The position numbers were made by a program, and so were the translations under genes. Positions 47,711 to 53,600 of a stretch of 53,600 bases of DNA are shown here, piece by piece (within the stretch, counting starts at the first letter, position 1; each line of letters opens with the position of its first letter). This DNA is from Hydrurus foetidus (Eukaryota), in NCBI GenBank assembly GCA_900617105.1, contig UYFQ01000008.1:1-53600 (forward strand), read 5' to 3'. The notes below the pieces were generated by a model. That model ran no database searches. It worked only from the letters and a program-made list of their open reading frames with translations, and was not told the origin of the DNA.

Positions 47711-49138
47711 TCAAGTTGAAACTTTCTTGAATTTCCTTTTACTCCTCCATTTGTTTTCACTACCACTACCAATTCCATTTTCAATTCTGGAATTAAATCC
47801 AAGTTCTTCTGGTTGAGATTGCCGGGAGGATTGTTCTGTTTCTTGTTCTTGAGAATTGTCACACTGGGATTGAGACTGAGAGCCTGAGTGTGAGAGAGAG
47901 TGGGGCTGCTGGTCGATTCCATTTCGATTTTCATCCTGATTCTTGCTCCCGTCCGTGTGTTGGCTATCACACTGAGAAGAGCTCACACTCTGCCTCGTAC
48001 GCTGACTGTAACTCTGACTGTTACTCTCGCTGTCTAATTGACTGTCACATTCTATGCTTGACTGACTGCTACTCATCCTTCTCTCCTCCCTTCTTCTTTC
48101 TCTCATTTCTCTTTTTTCTCTCACTTTCAAAGAACATTCTTCGACTTCAATTCCTCCCCAGGAATCGGAAAAATCAAAAGTCCCGAGTTCAAATCTCCCA
48201 TTTGTGTCGATTCCAGAACTAGGTCTTGGATCCACCTTTGGAATTGACGGAAATAATTTGATTTTCGTGTTTTTTATGACACTGTCTTTTGTATGACTTT
48301 TCTTCGAGGATGAATTGTCGCTACTTTGACTTTTACTGCTGCTGCTGCTGCTGCTACAATCATCGTTTTTATTATCATCACTATTACCATTATTGTTGTT
48401 GTTTCGTTTTTCTCCCTTCCTTCTCATTTCACTTCCTTTTTCTCTTTCTCCTCTTCCTCTCCCTCTTTCCTTTTCTTTTGCTTTTTTCTCTCCACTTGCC
48501 TCTCTACCTCTTTCTCCCACCCCTCTTCTTTCACGCCCGAAATTATCACCTGCTCTATAATCGACATTTTCAGAACACCCAGCACCGAGGAAAACATCGG
48601 TCTGTGGATCAACCCATGAGTCATCGGATTCCGCGTGACAAGTAATAGGAGTGCTACGCTTGTAAATAACTTTTGTCACATTTTTTGACATTGTTGAGGT
48701 AGAGAAAGAGGAAGAGGAGGAGGAGGAGGAGGAGGAGGATAATTTGATGACGGTGATATTTTGCGCTTCATTCACACCGAGTGATTCGTTTCCTTTGCTG
48801 TTCATACCTGTTCCTTCGCGACCTTTCACACTCTCTCCGCAATAACTCCTCCTTCTCTTTCTTACGTCCTCCTCTCTCCCTCCCTCTCCCTCTCCTCTCT
48901 TTTCTAGTCCTTCATTTCTCTTCATGCCATTACCTTCCACATTCCTTTCTCTATGTCCATCTCCACTTTCATCTTTACATTCATCCTCATCTTTTTCTTT
49001 TTCTCCCTCTTTAAATTCTTCATCATCATTTTTAGCGTCTTGTACTCTTCGATACAAGTCCCCCTCGCATTCTCCAGAGGATTGAGAGCTCTGAAAATCG
49101 TATTCGTCTCTAGCACTACCTCGTCCTCTACCTCGCAC
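47711..49138 (-). CDS. Low-complexity E/R/S-rich ORF, possibly the terminal exon of the WAPL-like gene
   Basis: 475-aa open frame on the same strand just downstream of the WAPL-like exons; splice connection not resolved. Confidence 0.45.
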   Translation of the reverse strand: MRGRGRGSARDEYDFQSSQSSGECEGDLYRRVQDAKNDDEEFKEGEKEKDEDECKDESGDGHRERNVEGNGMKRNEGLEKRGEGEGGREEDVRKRRRSYCGESVKGREGTGMNSKGNESLGVNEAQNITVIKLSSSSSSSSSSSFSTSTMSKNVTKVIYKRSTPITCHAESDDSWVDPQTDVFLGAGCSENVDYRAGDNFGRERRGVGERGREASGEKKAKEKERGRGRGEREKGSEMRRKGEKRNNNNNGNSDDNKNDDCSSSSSSSKSQSSDNSSSKKSHTKDSVIKNTKIKLFPSIPKVDPRPSSGIDTNGRFELGTFDFSDSWGGIEVEECSLKVREKREMRERRREERRMSSSQSSIECDSQLDSESNSQSYSQRTRQSVSSSQCDSQHTDGSKNQDENRNGIDQQPHSLSHSGSQSQSQCDNSQEQETEQSSRQSQPEELGFNSRIENGIGSGSENKWRSKRKFKKVST

Positions 49139-49385
49139 ATCCGTTCCAGATTTTATCTATATTTATTTTTGAGAGAACGTGCCATTGAGAGAGTGAGGAA
49201 ACGATTTTTGTTGCAGGAATAATCATTTTGGATATCTCTACTCGTACGGATGGTGGTCATTGTTGTTCAGTATTATTGGTATTGTGTCGATCAGATGGTC
49301 CAAGGAGGGGTAGGGAGGAGGGGTTGAGAGGAGGGGTATTTGCAGCGGTACAATGGCAATAGCACACTCCTGACACATGTCACGA

Positions 49386-52300
49386 TTAGTCACACACACT
49401 CACGCACACACACACACACACCTTAGCCGATACATTAATACTCCTCGATTCCATTTTCCATTTCAATGCCGCCACTGCCGCTGCGGTAGACTGAACATTA
49501 CTCGCACCGTACGTACTGGATGACGTATGCACGTACTCCCCATTCTTTATACGGCTTCTCCTACTGGTAGTGGATGTACGCGCGTATGTGTCGTCATTTG
49601 GACTGGAATCTGTAGGTACAGGAATCCTGCCGAATTTTCGGCCCGATTTTAGTATTGCGTTCTGTACCTTTAGATCGCCACTGGATGACGATGAAGGGAG
49701 TGAGTGAATACTACTGAGAGAAAGAGAAGCGATATCGGTGTTTGGAGAGTATGCGGTGTTAGCATCGTTATTATTATTTTTTCCATTGTCGGGTATAGAG
49801 GGGAGGGGATAGGGGTAGGAGAGAGGGACGTTGTCCTCTTCTTCCATGCTTCTGATGGAGGCCACCACAGGTGCGATACTTTCCAGCAACATTACCCCAG
49901 TCTACAAGTAGATAAGTGACGGAGAAAAGAAAAGAAAAAGAGTAAGTGGAGTTCGAGAAAAGAGCAGAGAGAAATTAGACAAGAAGTGATACCATACATA
50001 AAAAGAAAAAAGAAATGGGAGATGAGTTGTGATGTGATGAGGTAAGAGGGGGATAAAGAAAGGAGAGAAGAGAAGATTAACGAAGAATAGAACGTACGGG
50101 AGATTCGAATTACAGTTGAGATAAAAATGACGGAAATGGAAGTTCGGTTATCTTCGATCAGACGCATTGCTGCGAATTACTCGTTTGTGAGATAAAATGC
50201 AAAGAAAACAACGACCATCACCTGTCCTTGCAGAACTAAGAATCCCTTTAAGACTCTAACAGTCAGCCACCACGATCCTCTCGGTAGACCGTTTCTGATA
50301 GAGAATCTGCTGGCTCCAGGTTCTGAAGAGATTTCTATTGCACTTTCTATTTCATTTTTGTCATTACTATTTGTGTATTTTATGTTTGTTTTATTCAGGC
50401 CATCTATATCATCTGAATTTTTCTTTCTTTTGCTGTTTTTATCGATCACAATTATTGCATTTTCTTGTCTATGAATTTCTGATGATGTCACTCGACCTGT
50501 GTCCATTTTTTTTTTCAATTTATCTGCTGGGCAATCGGAACTTTCTACAGAGTAGGTACAGTCTGTACATGTGTTTTCATGCGTACGTTCTACAGGCAAA
50601 CAGGTGTATATGGTGTGGAGTAAAAGTGTGGCATGAGACGCCAAAATTATTTCAGCTACAGGCAATCTTTCATTTTCTTCCAAATTTGATACCAAATTTT
50701 TAGAATCTAGTACTAAATTTTCATTTATTTGTGTCCTGTTTTCTTCGTTTGGATCGTTTTTATTGTTTATTTGTTCTGGCGAATTTTGAGGACAAACATT
50801 ATTATTATCGTTATTTATTATTTTATTTTGGAAATTTTTCTTGTCTTCGGTATTTAATAAAACATTCTGCGGGTGGTTATTATCCGCACTGACTTGGTGT
50901 AATATATTAATTTTAGTCAAATTTTTGTGATCATTGTCGTCAATTATTTCATTTTCAACAGCTTGATTAATTTTTTGTGTATTTTCATTTGCACGAATTT
51001 CGAGCTCTAAATCTGCTTTTTCTATTTCGGCTAAAAATATTTTCGTTTCTTTATTAATTATAAAAAGTAACAGACTGGGTGCAGTAAAATGAGAGGAAGA
51101 AATTGTCGAAAAAAACGTATCTGTAAAATCTTTTTGTAGATATTTATTCAGTTCACTTTTTTCTAATGCGTGAAATAAATTCAATTGAGAAAGTGATTGT
51201 GAGTACTCTTTTTTCGCTTCTGATATGTTACTCAACAGACTGAGCAGAAATAATGTTCCATCAAATAGAAGTCGCTGTCGAGAAATTTGAGATAATTGGA
51301 AAATTGGAAATAACGGATGAGATGTGGGGAAGTGAGGGGAGATAAGATAAATATAATATAGATAAGATGAGATAAGATTAAACGAAATAAAAGATAAGAT
51401 GTGATCAGCAAAAACGACAATAGAGGAGATGAGAGAGCTCGGTGAAACAAACACACGATCAAATGCTCGCAATCAATCGCACATTCTATTGCAATATAGA
51501 TTTTCTTAACAAATCCAACATAGAGTGATATCAGAGTGAAGCAAGTGTCCTCCATCGAAACGACAATTCGCCACAATATGTTTGAAATGAATTTTAAGAA
51601 CAACAGGTAACAAACACTTCGAATATAATACTTCAAAAAATGTGCATGTTTTTGTCCACTTACCTCCTGTGCGGTTTCCCAGGGGGATAAAGTGTTGGAC
51701 AAAAATATGTCCTTGTTTTCCTCAACAGCTGTACAGTACGTACCACGCACGTCTTTCGTGTGTTCATGATGTGGCGTGTCCGTCCGTACTTGTTGTGTAC
51801 GTGCGTGTGAACTGTATCTTTTTGAAAGGCACAGAAAAAGAGCGGAACAGCAAATATCCATTACACTACAATTTTCTCCAGCACGTTCTAAGCCAGCCTT
51901 CTTTATCTCTCTCTCCCCTCCCTTGGTTATCTCTCTCTCCCCTCCCTTCTTTATCTCTCTCTCCCCTCCTATCACACGGTCACTTTTCTCGACACGCTCA
52001 TCACTGTCCATACTCAAATCCACATACGTATCCAATTTCACATTCCCATCTGTTTTCCTGTTCATGAGAATGTCGCTTGCAGGTGTACAGTGATGAGTGA
52101 GGTTTACCAGACACTTTAAACACACGAGCCAGAGGTCGGAACAACCTATTACAAGTGAATTCATCTCATCATTATCATTATTATCATTCTTATTATGTTT
52201 ATCTCGACCATTATCGTTATTTTCTGTTTTCTTTACGTTTTTATTTGTTTTACTATTCCTATTTCTTCTGATATTCTTTTTACTACTTTTATTGTAATTC

Positions 52301-53600
52301 AATTTCATACCGTCATTAATGCCATTACTATCATCACTGCCAAAATAGCTTTTATCCACTTCAAATAAACAATCGGACTCAACTTCAACTTCAACTTCAA
52401 CATGGACATCATTTTCAATATCCATCTCTATCGCCTCATCATCACATTAATTTCTCCTTCTCCTTCTTCATCTTCTCTACCTTTTTTGCTATCTGAAAAA
52501 ATATAAATCTCACTATTATCAGTACGTTGACTATTATTTTTGTAATTTTCATTTTCTGTAGAAGACCTAGTATTTGACCCATTTAAAATTTCATTTTTTT
52601 CATTCCCCCAAGAATCCGATTTGTTCAAATGTCGTATACACGATTCTGCAGATGAGGAAAAGACAGCAGGGAGTTCGGGAAAAAGATTGCGAAGTCGATC
52701 AAATTCTGATACGATTTTCTGTTCTTTTTTCATACGATTCTTGTTCTTCACATTTTTTTCATCTCCGTAAGAATGGTTTTTATTTTTTTGGTCAGAATAT
52801 GCATTCTCTTCGTTTTTAGTAAGAGATTCGATGGATCTTTTTCTTACTAAATCGTTGTCGGAATTTGATTGAAATTGGCACGATGACGTACTTGAAATTG
52901 AAGTTGAAGTTGAGTTAGTAGAGGTAGAGAAAGAGGTAGTGTCACTATTTATTCCACTTGCAATAAATGGGAATAGAGATTCGAGAAAAAAAAGAAGAAG
53001 TTTTAGGAATGGAATTTTAGGTTCAAGATCCTTCCGAACAAATTCCGATGTGATTATTAGCTGCAAATAAATAAAATTAGTCCGTCATTAAATTAGACAA
53101 TCGGTAAAGCAAAAGGGTTCGAGATGATGCGAACGATTAGTGCAATAAAGTTTCTGATGATATTGGTATTGGATTAATACATGAGCCAATTAGAATCGAA
53201 TACATCAAATAAATAAATCGAAAAAACACCAACAAGATAACACTTTAGAAAAATGTACGAAGCATCACGATTGACATACAAAAAATAGATTGATAACAAA
53301 AAAAACACTTGAATGAAAAATATTCAAATAATGTACCTGATTTTCGGAACATCTAAAACAAGCCGCGTCAAGAAGACACAAAACTTGATAAATGAAATTT
53401 ATCCTGGGAACATTCTCTCCCATAAAACTTTTCACTCTATCAAATTTGTCAGATTTATTAGTACAGAAGTGTTTCGAATTCTTCTTCACAATGTTCTTCG
53501 GATTATCAGAAAGAATATTCTCGGAATCTTCCGCAGATTTTAAGAATTCAAAAATTTCTTTACTGAGTTCCTGAACAATTTTTGTAAGAAAAGAATTCTC
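49386..53600 (-). CDS. WAPL: Wings apart-like (WAPL) cohesin-release-factor-like gene, 5' part outside the window
   Basis: Ordered WAPL-domain-like motifs LCLLDAACFRCSENQ, LKCLVNLTHH, LFLLSLLSNISE, IILASHATLLL, LPRGSWWLTVRVLKGFL, separated by N-rich inserts; GT-AG junctions. Confidence 0.65.

Noticed and set aside
51898..51969. 24-bp triple repeat (GGEREIKK)
   Set aside because: Ordinary in-frame coding microrepeat in a low-complexity insert of the WAPL-like gene.

Overview
Eukaryotic, intron-containing DNA from a photosynthetic ochrophyte/stramenopile: it carries a nuclear psbU with an ASAF bipartite plastid presequence. Bases 1-26230 are a nested transposon island. In order it holds the 3' end of an LTR element with an antisense ORF, inserted into a Ty1/copia RT; a chromovirus-type Ty3/gypsy lacking integrase; a small inverted-repeat element; a PIF/Harbinger (PHIS) element; and a 13.8-kb hAT element containing two more gypsy elements and a Tourist-like MITE. 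Most boundaries are fixed by LTRs or TIRs plus target-site duplications (TSDs). Bases 26383-53600 are gene-rich: psbU, DCP1, VPS24/CHMP3, an apparently intact intron-containing Crypton tyrosine-recombinase element, a Cys-to-Ser dual-specificity pseudophosphatase and a partial WAPL-like gene. The most striking observation is that all three gypsy elements make 4-bp TSDs and have no tRNA primer-binding site. In its place is a perfect 12-bp palindrome (AATACCGGTATT or AATAGCGCTATT) with compensatory changes, suggesting tRNA-independent, possibly RNA-dimer-mediated priming. Everything was read by eye; no database searches were run.
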